Virus record (IMG/VR): IMGVR_UViG_3300043313_000558
Strand: one strand, 5' to 3'
DNA from: a virus
Taxonomy: Duplodnaviria; Heunggongvirae; Uroviricota; Caudoviricetes
DNA: 64,000 nt
The position numbers were made by a program, and so were the translations under genes. Positions 55,172 to 64,000 of the stretch are shown piece after piece (position 1 is the stretch's first letter; every line of letters begins with the position of its first letter). The notes beneath the pieces were generated by a model, which was given only the letters and a program-made list of their open reading frames with translations, was not told the DNA's origin and searched no databases.

Positions 55172-55216
55172 CTTGCGTACCCCTATTATAGCAGTTTTTG
55201 ACCCGTTTTTACTACT
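55172..55216 (-). promoter_or_regulatory. conserved promoter-like element copy 2 (GGTCAAAAACTGCTATAATAG, extended -10 TGnTATAAT)
   Basis: plus-strand attata at 55185-55190; the core matches copy 1 at 37548-37600. Confidence 0.45.
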
Positions 55217-55582
55217 TTATGGCAGTGATATTGCCAGCGCAGCCGAGGGCACCGAGAACTTCTTCCCGGCCAGCACGGGCTGTGCTTGGGGCAGCGGAAC
55301 CGAGTACTCCATGTCCCCGTTGTACTGGGCGTTCCAGCCCACCACGTGAGTGACCCGGGTAGCGGGCATCCCGGTCCAGGTGATGTCCGAGGTGTTGAAG
55401 ATGGCCCGTCCGTCCGGGTCACCGAAGACCACCTTGATCCGGGCATAGGAGCCGCCGAAGACCTCGGAGGCGTAGGCCCCGGCGATGTTCGGGTCATCGA
55501 AAGCCAAGCCCAGCCAGAGCGTGGTCAGATCAGCCAGCCACAGGTTGATCCGGTAGTCGGAGAACAGTCCTTGTGCCGCCAT
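55217..55582 (-). CDS. small tail protein (121 aa), last gene of tail operon
   Basis: coupled to the 724-aa tail gene; beta-rich composition. Confidence 0.4.
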   Translation of the reverse strand: MAAQGLFSDYRINLWLADLTTLWLGLAFDDPNIAGAYASEVFGGSYARIKVVFGDPDGRAIFNTSDITWTGMPATRVTHVVGWNAQYNGDMEYSVPLPQAQPVLAGKKFSVPSAALAISLP

Positions 55583-57756
55583 CAGGCACCTCCTTCAGCA
55601 TGGAACAGCCTGCCCAGGAAGTAGACCGGCTTGGTGCCCTGGTCGTCGCAGTAGATCATGATGTAGCCCAGCCCAGCGAGCTTGTCCTTGCGGGTCTTCT
55701 CGGCCCGGTACCGGTCGAACTGGGTGGCTCCGGTGGTGTCGAAGGACCAGGTCTGCTCCTCGGAGAGCAGCCCGGTCTTGACCCCTCCACGGGACTGTCG
55801 TCCCGGCCAGTAACCAGCACCCTCGTAGGCGTTGCCGAAGCCCACCCACAGGTCAGAGCCCTCGGCGACCAGCCGGGCCGGGTTGTTGGTGTCGGTGCCG
55901 TCCTCACGCTTGGCCTCGAACGCTCCCGGATAGAACGGGTAGTGCATGGCCGCCTTGTAGTAGGGCTTACGTGGGCCGTACTTACCATCCAGCGAGGCCG
56001 GGATCGAGGGCATCGCCTTCACCGTGGTCCCGTTGTTGCCGTAGAAGGACACGTGGAAGCGGCAGGGCAGCACGTTGCCGTTCTCGTCGTAGGCGGCGAT
56101 CTGGGTCAGCCGGATGTTGCCGGACTGGCTCATCCGGATCGGCAGCGAGGCCCAGTACAGGCCCTCCTTAGTCACCCCGGACCAGTTCAGGTTGGCGTCG
56201 GTGCTCTGCTTCGGGATCTTGATGTAGTAGCCCGGGTACTTCTTCGGCGGGTACTTGCGGGTGGTGTTGGTCCAGGGGAACTTCTCCTCGGCAGGCATCT
56301 TGGTCAGGAACAGCTTGGAGGCGTCGAAGGCCCCACCGCCGGAGGGGATGATCCCGGCCCCGTGGCTGTAGCTCCAGGGCAGGATCTGGTCCTGGACCTG
56401 CACCGAGTAGGCCCCGACCTTGAGCAGCCGGACCGGGTCCAGCGCATCGCGGGTCATCGCCCGGACCTCGTAGACCGTCTTGGCGTCGCGGTACTTGGTG
56501 TCCAGGGTCAGCGAGACGGTCATGTCCATCGGGGAGACGTTGGACTCGGTGATGTGGAAGAGCATGTCGGCTCCGCGCACCCCGTGCACCACGATCCCCT
56601 GACCAGCCCGGATCAGGAGCCGGTTGTACGGGATCCCACCCCGCAGCGGGTCAGTGCTCAGCCGTAGCTGCCCGGTGTACCCCGGGTCAGCGAACTTGCG
56701 CAGGTGACCCTCGGCGACCGTCTTGGCCTCCAGCTGGCTCATCCCGGCTGGGAACTCCAGACGGGACTCGTTGCGCCGGATCTTGTCGTTGACCCGCGGG
56801 TTGTCCGCGGTGGCCGGATACACGCTGGGCAGCGCCGCGAACGGCTCGTAGTAGGTGGTCGACCCGTCCCGGGTGACCTGCTGGCCGGAGAACGCGCTCC
56901 CCGCCAGGTCGGAGCCAGAGCCGAAGATCACGTTGGTGGACTGGGTGAAGTCCCGGGACAGGCTCAGCTCCACGCTAGGAGCCCCGTACCAGACGTGCAG
57001 GGTGTCCTCGGTCGGGGCGGTGATCTCCGGGCGGATCATCAGCACCGGGGTGCGGCCGGTCTCCTTCTTGACCGTCCACTGGCCACCACCCTCGGTGTAC
57101 ATAATCGAGAGCAGGGTCTGCACGAAGCCGGTCAGCAGCGGGTCCCAGGAGCCGGTGTTGCGGGTGGTGAACCCGGTCCACTTCGCTCCGGGCTTGATCC
57201 CCCACGGGGTCAGGTACCAGAAGTTGGTGCTGCGCTCCTTGGGCACCACCTGGCTCCAGTCCGCTGGGAAGTCGATCCGCAGTGGAGAGGTCCGCAGCCC
57301 GATCCGCATGTTCGGGTCGAAGGAGTCCCGGATCAGCAGTTCGTAGGGCACCGGGCGCTGCGGGTACCAGGGCTTGGCCTTGTAGTTGTCGAGCTCGAAC
57401 AGGGCCCCCTTGAGGGTCAGAGCCAGGCCGTCGTTGCTGATCTCCTCGGAGACCATGAACCCTTCCCAGACCCAGGTGGTCGGAGAGCCGTCGTCGTTGT
57501 ACCAGGCGATGTCGACCATCACCCAGGGCACCATCCACCACAGGTCCCCGTAGCCGGGCCGCTCGAACCCGCTGACCTGCGGGAAGTTCAGCTGGGCGGT
57601 GGCGTCCCCGAACGGGTCCACCGAGCTCATCGAGTTGATCTGGATCGGGGAGCCCCGGAACTTGGTGATGTCCACCAGCTGTCCGTTGGGCGCGTGCACC
57701 ATGACCCGGAAGTACCCGGAGCTGCCGCGGATCTGGTCGATCCAGGGGGTTGCCAT
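55582..57756 (-). CDS. large minor tail protein (724 aa), tail tip/endopeptidase-tail-like
   Basis: size, position after distal tail genes, Trp/Tyr/Gly-rich beta composition. Confidence 0.55.
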   Translation of the reverse strand: MATPWIDQIRGSSGYFRVMVHAPNGQLVDITKFRGSPIQINSMSSVDPFGDATAQLNFPQVSGFERPGYGDLWWMVPWVMVDIAWYNDDGSPTTWVWEGFMVSEEISNDGLALTLKGALFELDNYKAKPWYPQRPVPYELLIRDSFDPNMRIGLRTSPLRIDFPADWSQVVPKERSTNFWYLTPWGIKPGAKWTGFTTRNTGSWDPLLTGFVQTLLSIMYTEGGGQWTVKKETGRTPVLMIRPEITAPTEDTLHVWYGAPSVELSLSRDFTQSTNVIFGSGSDLAGSAFSGQQVTRDGSTTYYEPFAALPSVYPATADNPRVNDKIRRNESRLEFPAGMSQLEAKTVAEGHLRKFADPGYTGQLRLSTDPLRGGIPYNRLLIRAGQGIVVHGVRGADMLFHITESNVSPMDMTVSLTLDTKYRDAKTVYEVRAMTRDALDPVRLLKVGAYSVQVQDQILPWSYSHGAGIIPSGGGAFDASKLFLTKMPAEEKFPWTNTTRKYPPKKYPGYYIKIPKQSTDANLNWSGVTKEGLYWASLPIRMSQSGNIRLTQIAAYDENGNVLPCRFHVSFYGNNGTTVKAMPSIPASLDGKYGPRKPYYKAAMHYPFYPGAFEAKREDGTDTNNPARLVAEGSDLWVGFGNAYEGAGYWPGRQSRGGVKTGLLSEEQTWSFDTTGATQFDRYRAEKTRKDKLAGLGYIMIYCDDQGTKPVYFLGRLFHAEGGA

Positions 57757-58688
57757 CAGGAAGCTCCGTAGATGTCGGCCATTGCGGTGATGATCTGCTC
57801 GGGGGTCATCTCCCCATTGAACGCGTACGGGAAGATGGTCAGCTCGAACAGGTTCAGGTCCAGCGTGGTGTTCCCGGACAGGTCTTCACCCAGGATCACG
57901 TTCAGCGACCGAGTGGCGTCCTTGTTGGGGATGCGGACCTTGTGGATCTGGGTGATCCCGTTGCTCACCCGTAGCTCGGTCTTCTCCGGGTCGTTGATCA
58001 GCACCAGGTAGAACGGCTGCATCTGAGCCGGGTGGACCAGTGGAATCAGGGTGGCGGTGCCGTACTGGTTGCGCAGGTAGAAGTTCTCGTCCACCTCAAC
58101 GATCACCGAGTTGCCCACGGTGTCGCCGACCCGGATCAGCGAAGCCCGCTCGGAGGAGTTGATCGTCCCGGCCAGCGCGATCATGAACGAGGAGGCGTCA
58201 TCCAGGCCGGAGTTGAACGCGGAGATCAGCGAGGTCTCCTCCTGCAGACGCACCGAGGAGAACTCGTAGAACAGCTTGCCGATGGTGTAGTCGATGGTGT
58301 CCAGGCGGGGCTCTACGCCGCCCAGGGGGTAGCTGAACGAGTAATCCACCCCGGAGGTGTACAGCGGCAGCCAGCGGCCCCCTATCGGGTCCCAGAGGTT
58401 GTCCATGGCCACGAAGCGGGTGTGCGCTCCGCTGAACTCCCCTTCCCAGGGGTAGACGCCCTCGTCGACGTGCAGACCCTCGGTGCTGATCAGGTAGTTG
58501 CTGCTCACGTGCAGCATCGGCTCGTAGGGGAAGCCGTCCTTGAGCACGTACTCCACCGGACGCACCGAGGAGGCGATCAGCGGGGTCCGGCTGTCGTCGA
58601 TCGGCTTCCCGGCGATGTTGCGACGTCGGGTTCTGGCGATCGGTCGAAAAACCTTGGACGCGCCGATCGTGATGTTGCGGGTGGTCAC
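57756..58688 (-). CDS. minor tail protein (310 aa)
   Basis: position in tail operon; beta-sandwich-like composition. Confidence 0.45.
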   Translation of the reverse strand: MTTRNITIGASKVFRPIARTRRRNIAGKPIDDSRTPLIASSVRPVEYVLKDGFPYEPMLHVSSNYLISTEGLHVDEGVYPWEGEFSGAHTRFVAMDNLWDPIGGRWLPLYTSGVDYSFSYPLGGVEPRLDTIDYTIGKLFYEFSSVRLQEETSLISAFNSGLDDASSFMIALAGTINSSERASLIRVGDTVGNSVIVEVDENFYLRNQYGTATLIPLVHPAQMQPFYLVLINDPEKTELRVSNGITQIHKVRIPNKDATRSLNVILGEDLSGNTTLDLNLFELTIFPYAFNGEMTPEQIITAMADIYGAS

Positions 58689-59113
58689 GTGACCTCCCGC
58701 CAGCCAGCCAGCTCGATCGACAGGCTGATCGACCCAGGCGGCAGGAAGGTCTGGTCCCCCAGCGAGATGTCGTACATGTCGGCGTCTCCGGCGTAGAGCA
58801 CCCGGCCTCCGACCTCGGAGTCGCAGATCACCCAGCCGACGATCCCAGCCCAGTCGTCCACTCCGGGAATCGGAAAGGTGATCAGCACCGTGTTGCTGGC
58901 CGTGCCGTACGCGATCGTCCAGGACTCCGGGCCGATGCTGATCGGCACCCGGAAGTAGTCGCCGCTGGTCGGCTCGGAGATGCTCTCCCCGGACTCCGAA
59001 GCTCCAACCGCCTCAGTGACCAGCCCGATCCAGTACTCCGGCAGGATCTCCTCGACCCCGGTGAACAGCGACATCAGGTAGTCGGCACCGTCGGTGGTGA
59101 TGAACCCGGCCAT
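58685..59113 (-). CDS. minor tail protein (142 aa)
   Basis: position; ATGA coupling. Confidence 0.4.
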   Translation of the reverse strand: MAGFITTDGADYLMSLFTGVEEILPEYWIGLVTEAVGASESGESISEPTSGDYFRVPISIGPESWTIAYGTASNTVLITFPIPGVDDWAGIVGWVICDSEVGGRVLYAGDADMYDISLGDQTFLPPGSISLSIELAGWREVT

Positions 59114-60570
59114 CAGATCACCTCGTAGCTGACCTGGGGCAGCCGGGGAACCTGCAGCCGCATCATCGCCCGAGTGTTGTGCATGTTGATGTGCCCGCGC
59201 TGGATGGTGTAGTCCGCGCTCTGGCAGGACCAGGTCTCAGCGTGGTCGCCCATGGTCAGCCGGATCCGGAACGAGGGCTGGGAGATCAGCTCTTCGAGCA
59301 GCAGCATGTTCTCGGTGACCTGGTTCTGCGAGGAGCCCAGGATGCCGACGACCAGGCTCTCCTGGACGTTCTCGCGCACTGAGTGCACCAGATAGGTCCC
59401 GTCGTAGAACGGGGAGGAGGCGGTGACCCGGCGCAGCACCTGGGCCTTGTCCCCGAAGTCCTCGGCACTCATGTAGAACCGGTAGCCGTCGGTCAGGCTG
59501 TACCAGGAGGTGCCCGAGGAGATCGCCACCTCGAAGTTCTCCAGCCGATCCCCGTCCCGCTTGATTCGCTCCGTGTGCCGTGGCGAGAAGGTGCCTACCG
59601 GCTCATCGACCACCGAGTTGAAGTCGCGGAAGTACAGCGTCCCGGCCGTCTGCATCGGGTCCGGCCGGGTGGCGTAGACCACCGCGAAGTCGTCGGCATA
59701 GGCGAACACGGAGGCTCCAGCGCCAGCGTCCAGGCCCTGGCTGAAGGTGCCCCGGCGCACGAAGGTGTCCCCGTCGTAGAGCATCCAGGACCACTGGCCC
59801 TGCGCGGGGTACAGGGTCTGGTCCTGGTAGATGATCCCCAGGTCACCCCCTGCTGAGACGATTCCCGGATCTCCGGTGCCGTCAATAACAGGCAGGGTAG
59901 GGCCCCAAGTCCCGGTGGACAGGTCTCGGGTGGTGTACAGGATCCGGTCGCTGCCGCTGAAGGTGAAGTACGGGCCCTCGCGCATCACCAGGTGAATGGT
60001 GGAACCGACCACTGCGATCCGCGGGTGCACGTTGTCCATCGTTGTCAGCTGGCTGGCCAGGCCCAGCGAGGTCCAGGTGGTCAGGTTGGTCGAGCTGTAG
60101 AGCTTGGCCACGTAGGGGGAGTTGGTAGCGGTCTTGATCGTGACAGCCAGGTAGTAGGTCCCGTTCGCGAACACCAGGTCGGAGACCACCGAGTGGAAGT
60201 CAAGCAGCGGGATGCTGGTGAACGCGGTCCATCCGGTGATTCCGTTGGGCGAGGTGACGTGCAGGTTGTTGTTGATCCCACCGGGCACCCCCATCTCGCC
60301 CAGGGTCATGACGAAGTTGGACCCGTTGTGCACCACTCCGCCCAGGCGGTAGTCGTAGCCCGGCACCCCGTCCCAGACCGACACCGGGGTACTCCACGAG
60401 GTCCGGTTCTGCGAGGTGGACACCATGATGTCGGAGGGGGAGGGCTTACCCAGATCGGGGGCGGTCCGCCAGTACGCGTAGATGGTGTCCCCGACCACGC
60501 AGGTACGGACCGCTTCAGCTCCGACGACCTGGGCGATCAGCCGGTTCTCACCGATCATGTGGAAGCTCAT
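59113..60570 (-). CDS. tail protein at distal-tail (Dit) position with Asp-box/BNR beta-propeller repeats
   Basis: repeated S-x-D/N-x-G-x-T-W-like boxes: STSQNRTSWSTP, SPNGITGWTAF, SSTNLTTWTSLG, RDLSTGTWGPT; immediately follows the tape measure gene. Confidence 0.5.
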   Translation of the reverse strand: MSFHMIGENRLIAQVVGAEAVRTCVVGDTIYAYWRTAPDLGKPSPSDIMVSTSQNRTSWSTPVSVWDGVPGYDYRLGGVVHNGSNFVMTLGEMGVPGGINNNLHVTSPNGITGWTAFTSIPLLDFHSVVSDLVFANGTYYLAVTIKTATNSPYVAKLYSSTNLTTWTSLGLASQLTTMDNVHPRIAVVGSTIHLVMREGPYFTFSGSDRILYTTRDLSTGTWGPTLPVIDGTGDPGIVSAGGDLGIIYQDQTLYPAQGQWSWMLYDGDTFVRRGTFSQGLDAGAGASVFAYADDFAVVYATRPDPMQTAGTLYFRDFNSVVDEPVGTFSPRHTERIKRDGDRLENFEVAISSGTSWYSLTDGYRFYMSAEDFGDKAQVLRRVTASSPFYDGTYLVHSVRENVQESLVVGILGSSQNQVTENMLLLEELISQPSFRIRLTMGDHAETWSCQSADYTIQRGHINMHNTRAMMRLQVPRLPQVSYEVI

Positions 60571-63500
60571 CAGTGCCGACCCTTCAGCGTTTCCAGGGCC
60601 TTCTTGGCCTGAAGCTTGCGCAGCATCTCGTCAGGGTCCTGGGACTGCACGGTGATCGGCCCGGTGATCTGGGTGCTCTTGTCGATCCGTGAGTAGTAGC
60701 TCACGGTGTTGCCCTGAAGCGGAACTCCTCCGGACGCCACCAGAGCGCGTTTGGAGTCGGAGGAGTTCCGCTTCATCACTTCGAACAGGAAGTCCACACC
60801 GCGTTGGTTAAGCGGCAGGACAGCCTCCGGGCCGTTCTCGCCCACCCCGATCTGCTGCTTGCCCCCGAAGACCGCGCCCTCGCCGTACCAGTGCGGGGTG
60901 TGGCTGTTCCAGAAGTCCCAGGCCTTGCTCGGGTTTCCGTAGCGCTGGGCGATGTACTGCAGCCCGTACTTGCCCTGCAGGGTGGGGTCGGAGGTCTTGT
61001 GCCCACCCACGCCCTTCCAGGTGGAGTTGAGGAACTGGAACAGGCCGTACGCGCTGGAGGTCGGGTTCTGGGCCTTGGGGTTCCAGGAGGACTCGTGCGC
61101 GACCAGCTGGTCCAGGTCCCGCCACTGGTTACCGGTCCAGCCCCGCTGAGCAGCCAGTTGCTGCACGATCGCCTTGGCCGAACCGCCACCGGTGGGGTTG
61201 TAGTCGAAGTCGACCGCACCGCCGGGGGCAGCGCTCATCACCATCCCCACCTTGGCGATCTTCCTGGCCAGCCAGTCCTTGCCCATCGCGTTGGCCCCGT
61301 TGAGGTCGTTGGCGTCCATGGCCTTGGAGAACTTCTGCACCGAGGCCAGCTTCTGAACCAGGTCGACCAGGCCCTTCTCGGTGCCGTCCCAGCCGCCACC
61401 GCCACCCACACCGGCTGCACCGGCCAGGCCGTTCATCGACTGCATCGCCCAGTGCACGTGGTTCCAGTGGTCGCCCTTGGTGACGCTGTCCATCTTCCAG
61501 GGCTTACCGCGCAGGATGGTCCGGCCATCGGCGGGTGCGTAGAAGAGCTGGTGGATCTTGTTGCCGAAGGCGGACAGGATCGTGTTGAAGGTGTTCATGC
61601 TGGGTGCGAGGTCGAGCGCCTTGCCCTGGGAGTGCATCGAGACGTTGCCCAGTGCGGTGATCGCGCCAGGCCGATAAGAGCTGGTGATCTGGACCTTGGG
61701 CAGGTTCTTGCCCAGCCAGGCTTCCATCTGCTTGTAGACCATGCCGCCGTCGGCGAACTTGGGGAGCTTGCGGTCCTTGACCGCGTCCATGAAGTCCTTG
61801 CCGTAGTACTGCACCGCATCCACCGGAAGCATGTACTCCCCGGCCGTGGCCATGATCGGGATGTTGTCGGCCCGCTTGTGCGGGGAGCGACCACCGATCT
61901 CACCACCGGCAGCGAACTGCCCGTAGTTGTAGGTCTGGCCGCCGACCTTGACCGTGCCGGTCATCTTCTTGCCGCCACCAGGAGTGGTCAGCGCGCCGCC
62001 GGTGTCGATCCCCAGGGACTGGAACAGCGCGTTGACCTCACGGGCGCTGGTCCCCGTAGCCGCAGTGATCGAGGTGGACAGGGAGTTGATGTTGTCCAGG
62101 ACCGCGGTCAGCTGGTCCTTGGCAGCCCCGGACAGCCCGGCCAGGGCTTCCTTCTGCAGCTCTGCGAAGGTGCCGGTCACCTCGGTCATCGAGCGGTTGA
62201 AGGCGTCCGCAGAGCGGTCCATCCCGGTGTCGTACGCGGTGGCCTGCCGGTCCATCGAGTTCTCGAACTGCTCAGCCTGGCGGGTCATCGCCTGGTTGTA
62301 GTCCTCTTCGCCCTGGTCCATCGAGCGCTTGAACTGGTAGCGCATCTCCTGCCACTGGGTGTTGGACTCGTCGGTGTTGATTTGCCCAGCGACCGCGTTG
62401 CGCTTCTTGGCCATGTCGTTGAACGCTTTGACCATCTTCGGGTCATTGGCCATGTCGTCAGCCAGGCGAGCGAGCTGTTGCATGTTGGCCGGGTCGTTTA
62501 GACCCATCTGCTCGATGGTGGCGTTGGACATCCCGGCCCTACGCAGCCGGTCCAGGTTCTTTTGCTGGTCCTCCAGGTTCTTCTGCTGGTCGGCCATGTT
62601 CTGGTACAGGTTGGCCGCGTCCCAGGTCCGCTCGGTGGTCTGCCGCTCGTAGATGTTGGTCATCGTCTTGGCCGTGTTCTTGGCCATCGTCTCGACCTGG
62701 TGGTTGAAGTTCTGCTCAGCCCTCAGCCGGTTCTTGGTGTAGTCCATGAAGGCCCACTCGCGCTGCCGGGCGAAGTCCTCCTCGGCATACCCACGCTGGA
62801 GCTGGTAGTCGTCCTCAGCCTGCTGGCGCGAGATGTTGAACTCGCGCATCGAGTTGACCATCGTCTTGACCCGCTGGAACTGCTCCTGCTTGAAGGCCTC
62901 GGCCGCAGCCCGGTCCTCCTCGCGGTGCGCTCCGGTGACCTCGGAAGGCCGGGACAGGTCCGCAGCCAGCGAGGTCCGGTAGTTCTGCATGAGCTCAGCA
63001 CCACGGCCCGCCGTGGTCATGTAGCCCATCTCCTCGGACTGGGCCTGACGAGTGCGGGCTCGGGCCTGCTGAGCCATCGCACCGAGCTGGGTGGCCGCTC
63101 CACCCGCAGCAGCGGTCATCTCGTCCAGGTGGACCGACGCCTCACCGAAGGACTGGGTCAGCCCGATCGAGACGTCCGACAGCGTCTTCATCGCGGTCCA
63201 CTGGGCTGCGACATCGTTCTCGTTGGCCAGCGCCCGCTGAACAGCCCGTCCAGGTCCACCGGTGCCGCTGCCACCGAAGACCGCGGTGGCGGTGGCGTTC
63301 AGGTTCCCCTGCTGGTAATCGACGTAGCCCGGCGTTCCCGGCCTTGCGTCCTTGTAGTCCACCCCGCGCAGCCGGTTCAGGGCCATCTGGTCGATGCCTG
63401 CGGTACCTGCCCAGCCGGACTGGTAGGTGCGCATGTTGGGCAGCGTCGTCGCCGCCATGTTGTAGCCCGGGCCAGCAGCAGCCTGTGCCGCCTTGAGCTC

Positions 63501-63995
63501 AGCACCGATCCTGGTGTCGCCCTGAGTCAGCTGACGCTGAACACCGATCGGGTCGCCCTTGTTGTCCATCAGCGCATCGGCGATGGCTCTGACGCTGTCC
63601 TCGTCGACGTTCTCGCCCAGGATGCCCTTGGCGTAACCGCGGGCCGCATTGCGCAGGGCCAGCTGGTTGCGGTTGTTGGCACCGGAGCCACCAGGGCCAG
63701 CAGGCCCGGCCTTGACCTGGCTGGCAGTCAGCGCGTTCAGCGAGGCGATCGTGGTCTGACCGGCCTGCTTAGTCCCCGGCCCGGACAGGGCGATCTGCTC
63801 CTGGATCGTGCTGGCCACTCCAGCGGAGGCCGCGATCGCCTGGTCGTTGAGCTTGAACTGGTTGGCGAAGCCCTGACGGCGGTAGGCCTGCTGGAACATC
63901 CCGGTCAGCTCTGGCGCATTGGCCATATTGCCGGTGTTCATCACGTTCTCGACCCGAGCCAGGCCAGCCGCGTCGGACCCGTAGAGCCGGACCAT
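60570..63995 (-). CDS. tape measure protein with embedded M15-family peptidase and SLT lytic transglycosylase motifs (N-terminus may extend beyond window)
   Basis: 1141-aa Ala/Gln-rich helical protein; ITSSYRPGAITALGNVSMHSQGKALDL (SxHxxGxAxD-type M15 motif) and LVAHESSWNPKAQNPTSSAYGLFQFLNSTW (SLT E-S...GLMQ motif) in the C-terminal third. Confidence 0.65.
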   Translation of the reverse strand: MVRLYGSDAAGLARVENVMNTGNMANAPELTGMFQQAYRRQGFANQFKLNDQAIAASAGVASTIQEQIALSGPGTKQAGQTTIASLNALTASQVKAGPAGPGGSGANNRNQLALRNAARGYAKGILGENVDEDSVRAIADALMDNKGDPIGVQRQLTQGDTRIGAELKAAQAAAGPGYNMAATTLPNMRTYQSGWAGTAGIDQMALNRLRGVDYKDARPGTPGYVDYQQGNLNATATAVFGGSGTGGPGRAVQRALANENDVAAQWTAMKTLSDVSIGLTQSFGEASVHLDEMTAAAGGAATQLGAMAQQARARTRQAQSEEMGYMTTAGRGAELMQNYRTSLAADLSRPSEVTGAHREEDRAAAEAFKQEQFQRVKTMVNSMREFNISRQQAEDDYQLQRGYAEEDFARQREWAFMDYTKNRLRAEQNFNHQVETMAKNTAKTMTNIYERQTTERTWDAANLYQNMADQQKNLEDQQKNLDRLRRAGMSNATIEQMGLNDPANMQQLARLADDMANDPKMVKAFNDMAKKRNAVAGQINTDESNTQWQEMRYQFKRSMDQGEEDYNQAMTRQAEQFENSMDRQATAYDTGMDRSADAFNRSMTEVTGTFAELQKEALAGLSGAAKDQLTAVLDNINSLSTSITAATGTSAREVNALFQSLGIDTGGALTTPGGGKKMTGTVKVGGQTYNYGQFAAGGEIGGRSPHKRADNIPIMATAGEYMLPVDAVQYYGKDFMDAVKDRKLPKFADGGMVYKQMEAWLGKNLPKVQITSSYRPGAITALGNVSMHSQGKALDLAPSMNTFNTILSAFGNKIHQLFYAPADGRTILRGKPWKMDSVTKGDHWNHVHWAMQSMNGLAGAAGVGGGGGWDGTEKGLVDLVQKLASVQKFSKAMDANDLNGANAMGKDWLARKIAKVGMVMSAAPGGAVDFDYNPTGGGSAKAIVQQLAAQRGWTGNQWRDLDQLVAHESSWNPKAQNPTSSAYGLFQFLNSTWKGVGGHKTSDPTLQGKYGLQYIAQRYGNPSKAWDFWNSHTPHWYGEGAVFGGKQQIGVGENGPEAVLPLNQRGVDFLFEVMKRNSSDSKRALVASGGVPLQGNTVSYYSRIDKSTQITGPITVQSQDPDEMLRKLQAKKALETLKGRH

Positions 63996-64000
63996 GTCGG

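Noticed and set aside
1-64000. Integrated prophage with attachment sites, integrase or repressor
   Set aside because: No integrase, tyrosine or serine recombinase motif, repressor/Cro pair or flanking direct repeats were seen. Uniform strand bias and coupling suggest the window lies entirely inside a phage genome.
1-64000. CRISPR array or other long tandem repeat
   Set aside because: Only short local repeats were found (48-bp period in 9585-9658, GGCAAAAAGGGG x2 at 37570-37595, tandem hairpins at 28748-28823). There are no regularly spaced repeat-spacer units.

Overview
High-GC (~65%) double-stranded DNA phage-like segment, most likely an actinobacteriophage or a large prophage. Every convincing gene is on the minus strand. 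The long plus-strand ORFs are R/G/P/H/L-rich antisense artefacts. Genes are tightly packed and many are translationally coupled (ATGA or TAATG stop-start overlaps). GC-rich hairpins sit between operons. Reading the minus strand from right to left: (1) tail module, with a tape measure protein carrying lytic-transglycosylase and M15 peptidase motifs, an Asp-box/BNR propeller protein and 724/310/142/121-aa minor tail proteins; (2) a TATAAT promoter followed by a hairpin and T-tract, a cassette found twice (55.1 kb and 37.5 kb); (3) a block of tiny transmembrane peptides, two lipoproteins and many small Cys-rich zinc-ribbon-like proteins, including seven tandem paralogues at 47.1-49.1 kb; (4) a two-domain BrnT(DUF497)-like + HicA-like toxin-fusion candidate; (5) replication/recombination module: classical AAA ATPase, HNH endonucleases, DnaB-like helicase, DnaG-like primase, DnaE-type Pol III alpha, RecB/Cas4-like nuclease, RuvC-like resolvase, WhiB-like regulator; (6) small-terminase-like HTH protein, four fibre-like genes (one collagen-like), large terminase; (7) small regulatory genes, then a second fibre cluster (collagen + beta-helix protein and paralogous 415/675-aa fibres); (8) portal-like 648-aa protein, Lys/Gly-rich 466-aa protein, M15 endolysin with N-terminal PG-binding domain, and holin-like membrane proteins. 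No integrase, repressor, tRNA or CRISPR array was recognised in the window. Module order is unusual: fibre genes lie between terS and terL, and a second fibre cluster lies between terL and the portal-like gene. This is consistent with a large (>64 kb) genome. All functional calls rest on motif recognition by eye, with no database search.
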